NCBI RefSeq assembly: GCF_028641065.1
Contig: NC_073404.1
Span: 20,088,001 to 20,151,733 of the forward strand
Length of the DNA: 63,733 bases
Direction of reading: 5' to 3'
Source of the DNA: Leucoraja erinacea
Lineage: Eukaryota
A model generated the notes under the pieces. That model worked only from the letters and a program-made list of their open reading frames with translations. It did no database searches and was not told the DNA's origin. Positions 63,581 through 63,733 of this stretch are shown piece after piece (positions within the stretch are counted from its first letter, which is position 1; each line of letters starts with the position of its first letter). Position numbers and translations under genes: made by a program.

Positions 63581-63733
63581 TTGGTTAATGGATCAAATAG
63601 GTAGTGGATATCGATTTTCTCCATGTTCCTACTGAACAGTACTGTGTGATTACTAGCTGCACCAGAGAAGCTATAGTGATTCAAGAAGGCAGATTACCAC
63701 CTACCTTGTTAAGATCAATTAAGGATGGGTCCA

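Noticed and set aside
1-63733. CRISPR array, prokaryotic system, or mammalian neighbours TRIM50 and FZD9
   Set aside because: No regularly spaced repeat-spacer array or operon structure, and no recognisable coding sequence for either neighbour.

Overview
This is vertebrate genomic DNA. The repeat content (HE1/V-SINEs, CR1, Rex1, Penelope-derived repeats) points to a cartilaginous fish, probably a skate or ray; this is an inference. The only protein-coding gene I can support is FKBP6 on the + strand, an FKBP-domain plus TPR HSP90 co-chaperone of the piRNA pathway. It has seven well-supported coding exons (17513-36680) with compatible phases and GT-AG sites, a candidate start exon (16139-16174) and a candidate 3' UTR exon from 44681. 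The rest is transposable-element sequence: CR1, Rex1, L2 and RTE LINE fragments, V-SINEs, a decayed Penelope element, a Gypsy pol remnant, Harbinger-type MITEs and one Tigger end. There are three notable non-coding signals. (1) A 138-bp retroposon with a target-site duplication (TSD) in an FKBP6 intron, whose 5' end is exactly an HDV-like ribozyme fold. (2) Many short Penelope-derived insertions, often foldbacks with 9-14 bp TSDs, carrying minimal hammerhead motifs. (3) A GC-rich non-autonomous retroposon sharing a covarying 3' stem-loop with Rex1. Nearly all ORF-track ORFs are spurious or TE-derived. TE boundaries without a TSD are approximate.
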